Made by a program: the position numbers and the translations under genes. A DNA stretch of 64,000 nt. Origin: Callorhinchus milii. Lineage: Eukaryota. Under the pieces are notes generated by a model, which saw nothing but the letters and a program-made list of their open reading frames with translations, was not told where the DNA came from and searched no databases. The stretch spans positions 49,106,001 to 49,170,000 of the forward strand of contig NW_024704743.1 of the NCBI RefSeq assembly GCF_018977255.1, in the 5' to 3' direction. Every line of letters begins with the position of its first letter. Position 1 is the first letter of the stretch. Below are positions 1 to 12,779 of this stretch, piece by piece.

Positions 1-261
1 GTAAATAATAGAAGAGTCAGGAAATTCAGTATTGCTAAAAGTTCTGTATAAAAAGTACCATTTAAAGTTATTGAATATCCTATAGTTATTATTGTATAAA
101 CATTTTTTAACTGCACATTTTAAGTGGTCATTGACATAGTAGACAATAACCACTTTTAAGTTCTGATAATACCTAGAATTCACGTAGCTCTTTCCAATCT
201 CTTTGAATCATGGATAACAGATGTTATGTTTTGAAACATAAAGTACAGTAAAGTACAAATC

Positions 262-600
262 AAAGCTGGAGTATTGTGTTCAGTTTTGGGCGCCACAATT
301 TAGGAAAGATGTATTGACCTTGGGGGGCATGCTACGTAGATTCACCAGAATGGTACCTGGACTGAAGGGGGCTAAATTATAAGGAGAAGTTGGACACGTT
401 TGGGTTATATTCCCTTGAGCTAAGAAGGTTCAGTGATGGAGGTGTTTAAAATGATAATGGGATTTGACAAAGAGAGATAGAGAAACACATTCCTCTGGTA
501 GAAGAATCCGAAAAAGTGGGACTTAATCTCAAAATTAGAGCCAAACAGTTTACGAGTGAAATCAGAAAACATTTTTTCACAAACGGAGTTGTGGAGATTC
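262..600 (+). mobile_element. CR1 ORF2 3' fragment
   Basis: CTGGAGTATTGTGTTCAGTTTTGG (LEYCVQFW) and downstream RT C-terminal landmarks. Confidence 0.8.
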
Positions 601-1452
601 CTCACTTTATGCTTCAATTTAATAAAGTTGTCATTCTAGCCTTCTGATGACTTTGATCGACTTGAAATGAGATGCATCTTCAAGTCATTCCACTGTAGTT
701 TGGCCTTCATTTAATTTCCTCTTCTAATACCCTAATATCTTCTACCTAATACTATTAGTATAATAATTGGGTATTTGAAATAAACTTGTTCAGAAAAAAA
801 ATGGTAAATATATTACAACATAAAATGGTGTGCTGTCCTATCCCAGATTAAAAGAAGTCTATTTCTCTTCTGTATAATCTCAATTAGGCTTTTATTTGGT
901 TCATTGCTTACCATGTCTTTATAATTATTGTATGTCTGCAGTCTGATCTGTAATATGCGAAAGTAAGTTTTTTAAAAGAAAATTGGCAACATGCTGTAAT
1001 ATATATGTCAATTAGTCATCCTCCCATCCTGACTTGCATGTACAATTTTGGAAAAATTTAGATTTTGTATAATGAAAAATGTTACTAAATTTGGCAAATT
1101 ACACACAAAAATACTAACCTCACCATAAGGGCAAACTTTCATAACAAGCGAATGTCTGAATATTCAATGTTCTCTTAAAACGTGCTTTTTACGCATATGT
1201 ATTTCTGCAGGTTTCTAATGCAGCATATTGCAATGAGACCCGGGAGAGTCACACAGAATCAAACAATATGACTTAATAATCCCGACTTAATGTGTGTAGC
1301 ACAGCATGCTTGTATTTGAAGTAAACTTGTTGAGAAAGAAAATGGTGAATATATTGCATTAACCAATAGGGAGAAAATACTGATTGTTGTCAATGTAATA
1401 GATTTGAATGTTATCCTTGCTGTTGGCTCACAAACGTAGCACAGGGTCACAA

Positions 1453-1772
1453 GTGGAGTCCTGTAGCTCAGTGGTTAGAGCACTCGCTTTGCAAGTGAGA
1501 CACCCGGGTTCAATTCCAGGCAGGGCGAAACCTTGGGTAAGTTTCCTTACTCCACACGCCCAATAATAATCCCTCCAAAACAAAAATAAATTGGTCATTT
1601 TCAATCCACGACTATTTGTGGGACACTGCTGTGAGCAATGGCTGCTGGGTTTCGCCCAAAAATATACTCTCAATTCACTTTACAGCATATTCTGTGAAGT
1701 GCTTTGAGACATCTAGAAGACGTGAAAAGCATGATATCAAATGCAAGGATTATTATTATTATTATTATTATT
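1453..1772 (+). mobile_element. tRNA-Ala-derived SINE, short form
   Basis: Head with A box TAGCTCAGTGG and B box GGTTCAATTCC; body shared with the other copies; (TTA)n tail. Confidence 0.93.
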
Positions 1773-2430
1773 AAATGCAATTGTCTCCAGTTGAAATAGG
1801 CTTGCAGCAGACCCAAATGCAAATTAGATGGAGGGTTGTGGCCCAAGCTGTCTGTGTTTTGCTGTTCCTTCCAGTTAGTACATTAAGTGGACTCTGCTAA
1901 CACATGTCAAGGCAAGGTTATCAATATGATCAAAAGATCACTTTTTTGAACACTGCAACTCTGGAAGATGTGTCTCTCCAGTGAAAATCAATCTGCTTCT
2001 TGCAAATTTCCTATATAAAAAGACCTTTTTTATATAAATAATCATAAAATAGCACATGGTAAAATCTGTACAAAACAATAACATTGTTCTTCTCTTCCCA
2101 TACTGGAATCTCATTTCACATAGGACATCTTTATATTTCCTAGTTTAATTTGTTTTGAAATGTAGATAATTGAAAGGGTAGAGCAATGCAGGATGAGTAA
2201 TCTTATACAGGATTCATGGGGAGTAAAAGCAAAGTAGGGATTGTGCTCACTTGCCACTTGGCAAAAGTGTTTATATTTCATCATATGCTCTGCAAAACAC
2301 AGATTTAAGCACACCAAAACAATGCATTTGTAACTTGCACAAGTTGCATTTGCACGAGCCACAAGGAGAATTGGGCTATCTTTCTGTGAAAAGAGACCTG
2401 TTGGTGATTCATATCATTGCCTGAACTCAC

Positions 2431-2506
2431 CGATGATTTGATGATTACTGTGCCAGATGGGAACACACAGCACAGAACGTATATGAAAGCCAGACATCTG
2501 GTCTGC
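2431..2506 (-). CDS. PDE11A: PDE11A coding exon 7 (GAF-B), 76 nt
   Basis: ADQMSGFHIRSVLCVPIWHSNHQII plus G. TTTTCCAG|GCA acceptor; G|GTGAGT donor. Confidence 0.96.
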
Positions 2507-2831
2507 CTGGAAAACAGAGTCATCAATAAAACCATTAACATCATGTTTATTTTTTCATAACAAAAAATATTTTCCTGACAAAATAGTACTGTTGTATGGT
2601 TATTTTAAAGCCTCAAACAAATGATAACAGCTTCTATATCACAAACTTTTTTAATTCATTCTTTTCCAAGATCTCAAAAGTCTGGAACTCCTTACGTCCC
2701 TTAGTCTTCCATTCCTCCTGCAATCTACAAGTTTGTACTACTTATTTCCTTCACTTAAATGGAAATAGGCTACCAAACAGGGTGGCTCAATCAGAGAGAA
2801 TAGATGCGTTGATAAGGAAACTAGATATACA

Positions 2832-3555
2832 TGTTACAATAAAGATGTGAAACCAGTAAAGTTGTAAAACCAGGGATTTCGCAAAATCCCTGACATTTTC
2901 AGTAAATTTTGAAACCATGAAATCACTGAAATTAGAGAGATTTTGTGAAGAAGTGATCATTTAATTATATTGATAACCTTGCCTTGACACTTGTTAGCAT
3001 TATCAACAAATAAATAACACATTATAAAAATTAATATTCTGTTCACCATAAACTTCATGAGATTACATTCACTATGAGTCAAATGTTCATTTGTTAACAT
3101 AAGTGAGGCTTCTATGACACCGGGAGTTACATTTTAGTTTTGCTTTGAAGCATTTACAATGGTTGGTCTGACATTTCTTCTGACTGCAGTTACACTTCGT
3201 AAAACCTTATCCACCACAAACAGACTGTGCAATGACAGCTTCACGGAGTGAGACTGACTTCTCTTGGTTGACATAAGTGTCTGTTAACAATCGTTGTGGG
3301 CAGAGGTCAAATTGGTTCCTGGAATAGTGACTCCTCAGGATGCCAGCCTTCACTGCTATCCTGTACTGGTCAGTGTCTAAATCTCTATAAATGAGAGGGG
3401 GACACAGGATGTTCCTGTGTCCCCCTCTACCCCTGTCCACTGGTGGGATCAAAGTTTCACGAAAACTCTAATTTCAGTGAATTCATGGTTTCATAATTTT
3501 ACTGATAATTTCAAGGATTTTGTGAAGTCCTTGGTTTCACAACTTTACTGTAACA
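2832..3555 (-). mobile_element. Non-autonomous DNA transposon with about 110-bp TIRs (TGTTACA...TGTAACA) and a KRBA2/Ginger-like integrase C-terminal remnant
   Basis: Imperfect inverted termini at 2832-2949 and 3455-3555. TATACA is duplicated at 2826-2831 and 3556-3561. Internal reading IPPVDRGRG..RNIL...YSRNQF...SLREA...G-GFTKCNCSQKKCQTNHCKCFKAKLKCNSRCH. Confidence 0.8.
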
Positions 3556-5392
3556 TATACACATGAGGGAAAAAGGAATAGAAGTGTATGGGAGGGAGTG
3601 ATGAGTGGGTGGAGAATCATGCGGAGTATAAACATCGGCATGGACTGGTTGGCCTGAATAGCCTGTTTCCATGTTGTGCATTCTATGTAATACTATGTAA
3701 AGACCTTGGACTTATTTAAGAAACTATTCGTTTCTCTAATGGAAAAAGAGTAAAGTTGGAAGAATGAGATTCAATAGGCAAAGAGCTTTCCTCTTTCAAA
3801 CCTCTCTCGTGATTTTATGTGCCTGCTGCTCTTTTCAACCTTGGGGTTTACTGCGTTATTCAGGTGTTGCTTCACTTAGTTTCTCAACCTTAGGCCACAA
3901 TATCTCAAGAATAACTTGCACTTAGATAGAATCATTCATGTAAGACAAAAATCTCAAAGCTCGTATACCAAGAGATGGTCCAATATTTTGAAGATCTGTT
4001 TTATTAAAAATTCACAGATTCCAAATATGCAAGTGCTGATTGTGGCTGATTCATTTCCGTTATACTGTAAAATTAATGGCTTGTGCTTTAAAAGTGAATC
4101 TTCATCTGTGCTAACTGTATTGCTTGGTATGTGTAGGCTGTGAACTCATCTTGTATGTCTGCATCCCAGTTTGAATAATATTGACTGACTGTTACCACCT
4201 ACCTTGGCAGACTGTTGAGTGTGGTCAAGTTTCCTGCATTCTTTTGTGAACAAAATATTACAGTATGCAATAAATAATTAATAAATATTAATATTTGATA
4301 ATCGTGTTGAGTGCCTGAGGGTGCAGTTCAATTTCTCTTCATGACTCAGCTGCCAAAGTTGACTTATATGGGTTTTACCACTGACAAAGCAGCTGCTTTA
4401 TCATTGTATAATTTTTTTCTTCATTTGCAGCAGCCGAGTCGCAGAAGGATTATAAAACCCGGTGCAACGATTTGGAGTGGGATTTGAGACACCTTTACTC
4501 ACATCTCTCCTTGTAATCCTACCATTGTGAAGACAAAGATCTGATCAATAATGGCAGTAAAACAAATTCTACTGTGTGCAATCTGAGTGCTGGGAAACTC
4601 AGTTGTGTGGGGAACGAGATGTTAACCTGGGTACTAAAATGTGAAAGTTGGATCCCAGAAAGCCATGATCTATTTATTTTTTTCTTCCAATTCTTTCTGA
4701 TTCACTGAATACAGTGAAACTCTGCATTTTCTCTCTACACACTGTTGAGAATCTGGGAGATGGTTTTGCTGTATTTTGATTCACTGTAAGGATTGGACTG
4801 TTTTGGAACTAGTAAAAGGCTTGATCTACACTGATGTCCCCAACAACTCTAACAAACTCACTCCAGATTTGAGTCTAGCTCCTATTATGAGTACAGTCTT
4901 CCGTACCCTTGGAAGTCAAATGTCAGTGATCTGAGTGAGCAAACTGGTACAGTGGGCATGTACTGCAGTATTTCTTAACAGGATTCCCTAATAATGAATC
5001 TTGTTAAACTCACTGTCGGCCTCTAGGAACCCCACTACATGGTTACACATCCCACTCCCCACATGAGCAGCGCTGAGAATTCACACAGTAGAATTTATTG
5101 TAAAGCCACAATGGTAGAATTACAAGGAGGATATCAGTAAAGATGACAGTAGGTCAGCTCAGAGCCGAGTTCCCACACAGAGGTTAGAGTGAAGTGCTTC
5201 TCACATTATTAAAGAGTCCTGTTAATAGATATCACAAGTTAAATCCAAGTTACTTCCAATCATATCAATGCAACCTGGAGACACACTAATCTTAAAATGA
5301 GTCCACTGTTAATTTAGTTCTTTTTATACTACCACAGAACAATTCTGGCTTCATATTTATAAAAAAAATACAGATATACACATGCAAGTGAA

Positions 5393-8300
5393 AATAAGAA
5401 CATAAGAACATAAGAATTAGGAGCAGGAGTAGGCCATTCGGCCCCTCGAGCCTGCGCGCCATTCTATAAGATCATGGCTGATCTTCTGACCTAACTCTAA
5501 TTACCTGCCCTGTCTCCGTATCCCCTAATACCTCTGTTTTTTAAAAAATCTATCAGTCTCAGCCTTGAAGATGTTCAAGGACTGAGCATCTACAGCCTTC
5601 TGGGCTAGTGAATTCCATAAATTCACTACCCTCTGAGTGAAGAAATGTTTCCTCAACTCTGTTCTAAAAGGCTGACCTTTAATTTTAAGACTGTGACCCC
5701 TGGTTATAGATTCTCCTACCAGGGGAAACAGACCTTCAGTGTCTACTTTATCCAGCCCTTTAAGAATCTTATATGTTTCAATAAGATCTTCCCTAATTCT
5801 TCTGTACTCTAGAGAATACAGCCCTAGTTTATTCAGCCTATCCTCGTAGGTCAGTGCCCTCATCCCAGGAACTAACTGAGTGAATCTACGCTGCACCCCC
5901 TCTAGGGCAAGTATGTCCTTTTTTAAATAAGGAGACCAAAACTGCACACAATACTCTAGGTGCGGTCTCACCAAGGCCCTATACAGTTGCAGCAAGACTT
6001 CCCTACTCTTGTACTCTAAACCTTTTGCAATGAACGCTAACACGCCGTTTACCTTCTTAGTTGCTTGCTGCACCTGCAAACTAACGTTTTGAGACTGGTG
6101 TACAAGGACACCCAAATCCATCTGCACACTAACACTATCTAATCTCTCCCCCTCTAGAAAATAATCTGTTTTTCTATTTTTTCTACCAAGGTGAATAACT
6201 TCACACTTCCCCACATTAAATTCCATCTGCCACCTACTCGCCCACTCCCCTAGCCTATCTATATCCCGTTGCAATCTTTTTGCATCATCCTCAGAGCTTA
6301 CTCTCCCACCTAGTTTATGTCCTCGTCTAGATCATTGATGTAAATTGTAAATAGCTGAGGCCCAAGCACTGATCCTTGTGGCACTCCACTAGTCACATCC
6401 TGCCAATTCGAGAATGACCCGTTTATCCCTACTCTCTGTTTTCTACCCTTTAGCCACTCTTCAATCCATGCTAATATGTTCCCATTAATCCCGTGGGCCT
6501 TAACCTTGTGCAATAGCCTTTTGTGTGGCACTTTGTCAAATGCCTTTTTAAAATCTAAATATACTACATCTACTGGTTCCCCCTATCTAACCTGCTAGAT
6601 ACATCTTCAAAAAACTCTAAAAGATTAGTTAAGCATGACTTCCCTTTTGTAAAGCCATGTTGACTCTGCCTAATCTTGTTATGGTCTTCCAGGAATCCCA
6701 TAACGACATCTTAATTAAGGACTCAAGAATTTTCCCTACCACTGAAGTCAGACTAACTGGTCTATAGTTCCCAACTTTTCTCTCCCACCCTTCTTAAATA
6801 GTGGTGTCACGTTTGCAATCTTCCAATCAATGGGAACCGTTCCAGAATCCAGAGAATTTTGGAAGATCAAAGACAAGCCATCCACTATCTCAGTAGTCAC
6901 CTCTTTTAAAACCCTAGGATATATGCCATCAGGTCCAGGAGATTTATCAGTTTTAAGACCTGATAATTTATCTAAAACCATTTCTTTACTAATATTAATT
7001 CCTCCAATTAATTCCTAATTGCTCGCTAACATTTTCTTCTTGGTTCCCCTCTATTCTTGGTAGGTTTTCAGTGTCTTCTAAGGTGAAGACAGTAGCAAAG
7101 TACTTGTTTAATGACTCTGCCATGTCTTTGTCCCCGACTATAATTCCCCCCGTCTCTGCCTGTAGCGGACCCACATTTACCCTTGACAGCCTCTTCCTCT
7201 TTATATATTTATAAAAACTCTTGCAGTCTGTCTTTACGTTATTCGCTAGTTTGCCATCATATTCCATTTTCTCCCTCCTAATCACTTTTTTGGTTCTCCT
7301 TTGTTGATCCCTAAAGTTCTCTCAATCCTCGGGTTTACCACTCATCTTAGCTGTTTTATAGGCTTCTTCCTTTAACTTTATACTTTCCCTAACTGCTCTA
7401 GTTAGCCACGGTTGGGCCACCTTTCCCGTGGCATTCTTATTCCTCAAAGGAATACGTGCTCGCTGGGAATTTTGCACTATCTCCTTAAACGTCTGCCATT
7501 GCTGGTCTACTGTCAAATCCTTAAGTCTAATTTCCCAGTTTATTTTGGCTAAATCCTCTCTCATACCAGCAAAATTAGCTCTACTTAAATTTGAAACCTT
7601 TGCTTCGGACTTAACTATTTCTCTCTCTAACGTAATGCTAAATTCTATCATATTATCATCACTTTGCCCTAGAGGAGCCTTAATTTCTAGTTTGCTGATC
7701 AGCCCTGCTTCATTGCACAAAACAAGATCTAATATGGCCTGTTCCCTGGTTGGCTCCTCAGCATACTGATCAGGATAATTATCCCTAATACATTCTATAA
7801 ACTCTTCCTCTGTCATACTTTTCTCAATTTGGTTGTCCCAATCTATGTGCAGATTAAAATCACCCACAATTAATGTTTTTCCTTTACTACATGCTCTGCT
7901 AATTTCCTGATTTATACCTTGAGAGACACTGTGATTGCTGTTCGGGGGTCTATAAACTACCCCCACTAGAGTTTTCTGCCCCTTGTTGTTACGTACCTCT
8001 ACCCATACTGACTCTACTTCTTGCTTTTCTGATTTAAAATCTTTCCTCTCTACTATTTTTATTCCATCCTTTATTAGCAGGGCCACCCCCCTCCTCGTTT
8101 ACCACATTGCCTATCTTTCCTATACACCACGTACCCTGGAATATTTAGCTCCCACCCTTGATCTCCCTGTAACCATGTCTCAGTGATGACGACCAGATCA
8201 TACCCGTTTGTTTCTATTTGTGCATTTAACTCATCTATCTTGTTTCGAATGCTTCGCGCATTCAGATATAGCACCTTTAATTCTGACTTCGGGCTATTAG

Positions 8301-9240
8301 TCCTATTCACCAGTACCCTATCCCTGGGCTTCCTTTCCCCGCTTGACACCCTTTGCTCATCTCCCTCGTTAATCTGCTCTCCCACTTTCATCGGTCCTAA
8401 TTTTAATTGTAACAGATTACATGTGATTGAATTTACCACCCACCCCCCCCAGTAGTTTAAAGCCCTGTCTACCTCCCTATTTATTCGTGTTGCCAGGACA
8501 TTTGTCCCAGCCCTGTTTAGGTGGAGTCCATTCCTTTGGAATAGCTCCTATCTCCCCCAATACTGGTGCCAGTGGCCTATAAAGTGAAACTCCTGCCCTC
8601 TGCACCATTCTTTTAGCCAGGTATTCAGCTCTTTAATTTTCGTTTGCCTGTACCAATTTGCCCCTGGCTGAGGTAATAATCCTGATATTAACACCTTCGA
8701 TGTTCTATTCTTTAGCTTAACTCCCAATTCCCGGAACTTGATCCTCAACTCGCCCCTACCTGTCCTACCTACATCATTGGTCCCTATGTGAATCATAACT
8801 ATTGGATCCACTCCCTCTTGTTTCAAATTTTTCTCCAGCCCAGAAGTGATGTCCTTCACCCTGGCCCCAGGAAGGCAACAAAGTCTTCTTGTCTCCTTGC
8901 TACGGCTGCAGAAAAGTGTGTCAGTCTTCCTGACTGTCTCATCCCCAATCACCACTATATTCTTTCTGACTATTCCAGTTTGGCCTCCTGTATAGAGGTG
9001 TTGGGGTAAGTTTGCCCATCTTCCTCACAGACTTCCTTGTCCACACAGGTTGTAAGTATTTCATACCTGTTGAACAAGGTTAAAGCCTGGGGTTCCTCTG
9101 CCCTTCTCTTTCGGGTCCTCTTACACGCCTGTCTGACCGTCACCCAGTCCTTTCCGTGGCTGGCAACGGAATGATCCCTGGGACTCATGGGAGTGTCTGG
9201 TTCCAGGATGAAACTGTCCAGGAAGCTCTCCCCATCTAAA
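5393..9240 (-). mobile_element. CR1-clade LINE, near full length and inactivated (ORF1 SGNH esterase; ORF2 APE endonuclease and reverse transcriptase)
   Basis: ORF1 motifs VIGD, CCLPGARVKD, HIGTND, GLHLN (about 8460-8955). APE motifs YLNARS, ITETW, VYRPP, VGDFN, ILDLV (7322-8439). RT motifs [41 protein letters not shown] (5525-6981). 3' tail (TTCTTATG)n at about 5393-5416. Several stops and frameshifts. Confidence 0.95.
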
Positions 9241-10439
9241 GGGTCACAATATCTGTTTCATAGTGTTCCAGCTGCACTTGGATCAAAGGAGCAAATGAAA
9301 ATTTAATTGGCCAATGATATAATAGGGTGCGTGGCCAGTGTCTGCAATGTAACATTTTAGGATTCTCTGCATTCCACCATCAAATGGATAAAGTGTGTAC
9401 AACACAGACTTAACTATGGTAACAAATACAGCTGAGTTATCTTAAGGTTCCCATTCCTCTGCCAATTTTTCCAGTCACTTTCACCACTTGGTTATGCCAG
9501 CATAGATCAGGTAAGATAATTAAAGAAAGGATTCAATCTTCAGCACTGACAGTTTCTAAACCTCATTGAGTTAAAGGTGCCTGGTTAACATTACGGTCAG
9601 TTCTTTCCAATAAAGTTATTGGAGTGCACATTTTGATATAATACCCAGTGTATAATTTTCATATAAACTTTATGAAACTTTTAGTATTTGAACAATAACA
9701 AATAACAGATATTCTTTAAACAGTGTATAAGTAAATTAAGGGCAAACATATCGCAAGATCTGGATACCTGAATACATTTTTAAATCTAGACTGAATGGTA
9801 TACTCAGTAAGAACTGAAGATGAAATTAATCAATGAATGACAAATTAATTTAATTAAATCCAAATTAAGGATAAAATCCAGGATAAAGGTGAAAGCCATT
9901 TATCCATGTAACTGAACTAATCACAATTTAATGCATAACTTCAAGGGCATTTTTACATTAATATCTCAGATCATCTTTTATTAATTTATGAAGTTAGATT
10001 TAATGATGGATTGTGATCTGCAGTCTCCAATACATGATCTTAAGGCATTCATAACCTGACCCAGAGTATTACCAAACCCATCTAACAGGACAGCAGAGCC
10101 CCAGGCAACAATGGAAACTACATAAAAAATATATGGGTAAATGGGACATAGTGAACCGAGTAAATCAAACACCGAACCTTATGAAAGCTTAGCTGTATTT
10201 GTGCAGGGTTCATGTTTGGCATGTGAACCAATGAGGGAACACAAAGACAACAAGCCTAACAGAGAGCAGTGCCCAATATCTTTCCCTCCTCAGCAACTAC
10301 AAGAAGATATGCCCTGGTTCTAATTGTCAGATAATAACAAGCTCCCCGAAACATTTGTTTGTTCATTTTTGCAGTACAGGATTTGATTTCTGAAGTACTT
10401 TTTTTTAAAGGAGTTTTTTTATAGCACTTTATTATATTG

Positions 10440-10800
10440 AAACTTCTCAAAACATCTTGAATTACTGTAAAGTGTATTGACAGCTTTTGTAAGCAAAATT
10501 GGCAACTACTTGAGCCAGCAAAGTTTCATTTAGAGCCTTGAGATGAATGGTCAATTTATTTGCAGGATTGTTGGCCAGGACCAGGAGTAATCTTCTTCTC
10601 TTTTAAAATAGTGCTATGGAATCTTTTACCTCCACCTAAGGATAAATCCACAGGAACTTAGTTTAAAACCAAATGATAACATTTCCAACAATATGATACT
10701 CCCCCAGTACACACTAAAGTGTCAGTGTAGACTATGATGTGAGGCTGATATCCATATCTGATCCAGAAGTGAATACTACCAACTGAGCCAAACTGATGCT
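10440..10800 (-). mobile_element. Very diverged DeuSINE-like element
   Basis: TAGTGCTATGGAATCTTTTACCTCCACCT and ACCAACTGAGCCA landmarks shared with the other copies. Confidence 0.6.
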
Positions 10801-11401
10801 TAGCGTGTCCCTTTCCTCCAAGGTGTTATGTGATCTGGCTTTAATCACTCTTTGAATTGTAAAAGCGAACTGTATTTTGTGCTCCTCAGATAGTGAGACA
10901 GAAAATTATTGTAAATACATGTTATTCCCTAACAATCCAGACAAATGCTTAGCATTGTTTGCTTGAATTATAGAATGTGGTACTTATTAGACTGCCACTT
11001 ATGATGGAGCCAAGTCAATAAGTACATTTAGAAATGGAATCAGATACAGATGAAGAATGGAGATATAATATATGGGGAAAGAGCAGATGGTTCAAGTTGG
11101 GAAGCGAGCACAGCGTAGGCACAATAAGACAATTACTTCTATGTTGACATTTGTATGATTCTACATAAAATCGCTATGTTAAAACTGCTCCAGAAACAAA
11201 GTTATTCAGAAGAGGGCACACTGTCTGTATTCATCTTGAAATTCATACAGTATATGTATGCTATTTGTAACAGGGAAAGAGGTTTTTACCAATCTGTTAC
11301 CATACCAATGGCACTTTAGTACCAAGTTCATTACTAAGCCTTAAAGTCAAGCTTCTCTTCATCTCGCTCCTTCACTGCCACCCAATGCAAAGTTGACTGA
11401 C

Positions 11402-11522
11402 CTCAGTGTCGAAGCGAGGATCTTGGTAGACATCGCTGATATTGACTGGAAGGCCTGTTGATGCAACCAGCTCTGCGATGCTGTTATTTATCAGCCAATC
11501 AGAGCAGGATAGTTTCTCCATG
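11402..11522 (-). CDS. PDE11A: PDE11A coding exon 6 (GAF-B), 121 nt
   Basis: (S)[49 protein letters not shown] donor. The acceptor CTAG|C at 11523/11522 is inferred as the only nearby AG that keeps frame. Confidence 0.9.
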
Positions 11523-11689
11523 CTAGCTTTCACAAGGAATAATAAATATTTATATTAGAGTTTGATCTAGGCCAAGGTTTTATTGTAATAATTCTTACAT
11601 TTGATTTTACACCTTTCACATTGGGAAGAGAGGTCTCAAAGTTCTTCATATGATATATTAATAAAGTGTAATCATTATATATTTTGTAG

Positions 11690-12260
11690 GCAAACAGACC
11701 TGCCAATTTACGCAGCAAATGAAATAAACGGTCAATTTTATTTGGGGGATTTTTGTTGGCAGGATCACTGGGAGAAACTCCCTTCTCTTTTTGAATACTC
11801 CCATAGGATTTTTAACATACATTAGAATAAATTAGAATGTATTAGAATATACAGCACAAGAACAGGCCATTCGGCCCAACTGGTCTATATCGGTGCTTAT
11901 GCTCCACATGAGCCCCTTCCTGCCCTTCCTCAACTAAGCCTTCAAGCATAACCTTCTATTCCTTTCTCCCTCATGTAACTATCTAGCTTTCCCTTAAATA
12001 CATCTGTACTATTTGCCTCAACAACTCCTTGCGATAGCATGTTCCACAATCCCACTACTCTCTGTGTGAAGAAATTTCTTCTAACTTCCTTATTTGATCT
12101 ATTTGTAACTATTTTATATTAATGGCCCATCCATCTGAACAGGTACAGGTGGGACCTCAGTTTAACGTCTAAAGGATAGCACCTTGCAGCATTGCAACAA
12201 TCCCCAAGACTTGCACTGCACTGTCACCCACAACCTCCTGACCAATTGAGCCAGGCTGAC
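11690..12260 (-). mobile_element. DeuSINE-like element split by a CR1 3' fragment (about 11822-12127)
   Basis: The SINE body stops at CCATAGGATTTTTAACAT and resumes at ATCCATCTGAACAGG. The intervening sequence is a CR1 3' end with a TAGAA-type tail. Confidence 0.7.
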
Positions 12261-12779
12261 AGACAGGCAATCCTTGATTTCAACATCTTGATTTCATCTA
12301 CACCTTGAAAGTTCACAATTCTGATCAGGCAACTGTAATACAATTTTAATTTATAGGTAACAATTTATTATGAAAGAGATCTAAATTGTGTGTATAATAT
12401 TGTATTGAAATTATTTCCAACCACACAGGGCAGTGGGATTGAATGGATAGCTCTTAAAGAGATTCAGCCCAGGTATGAATAACAACAACAACTTGCATTT
12501 ATATAGAGCCCCGCACGGGAGATAACATCCCAGAGTGCTTCAAATAGTGCTGAATAGCCTCCTTCTGTGCTGCAAATTTGTATGATTCTAGAGACAATTT
12601 CGTTCAACTCACTAAATAATAGTCATAATCTATCAACAAATTTACTGTATGTTGGGCACAGAGTAGAATAAACCCCAAGGATTTCAAATTATGTTATGAA
12701 GTCTGTATCCAGACTCACCTTTTCCAAGACTCTTCACACCAACTCCACCCTTCAAAAAACTCCAAACCATCCCAGAACT

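Noticed and set aside
640..672. Second hammerhead-like CTGATGA...GAAA
   Set aside because: No stem II pairing and no stem III; at best a heavily decayed relic.
1..2430. PDE11A exon 8 (expected VAQVLNRLDGKPFDDADQRLFE-like)
   Set aside because: Not found by eye; presumed to lie beyond the left edge of the window.
2596..2850. 84-aa ORF containing SFFSKISKVWNSL
   Set aside because: Resembles the C-terminus of a non-LTR retrotransposon ORF2; a short relic rather than a host exon.
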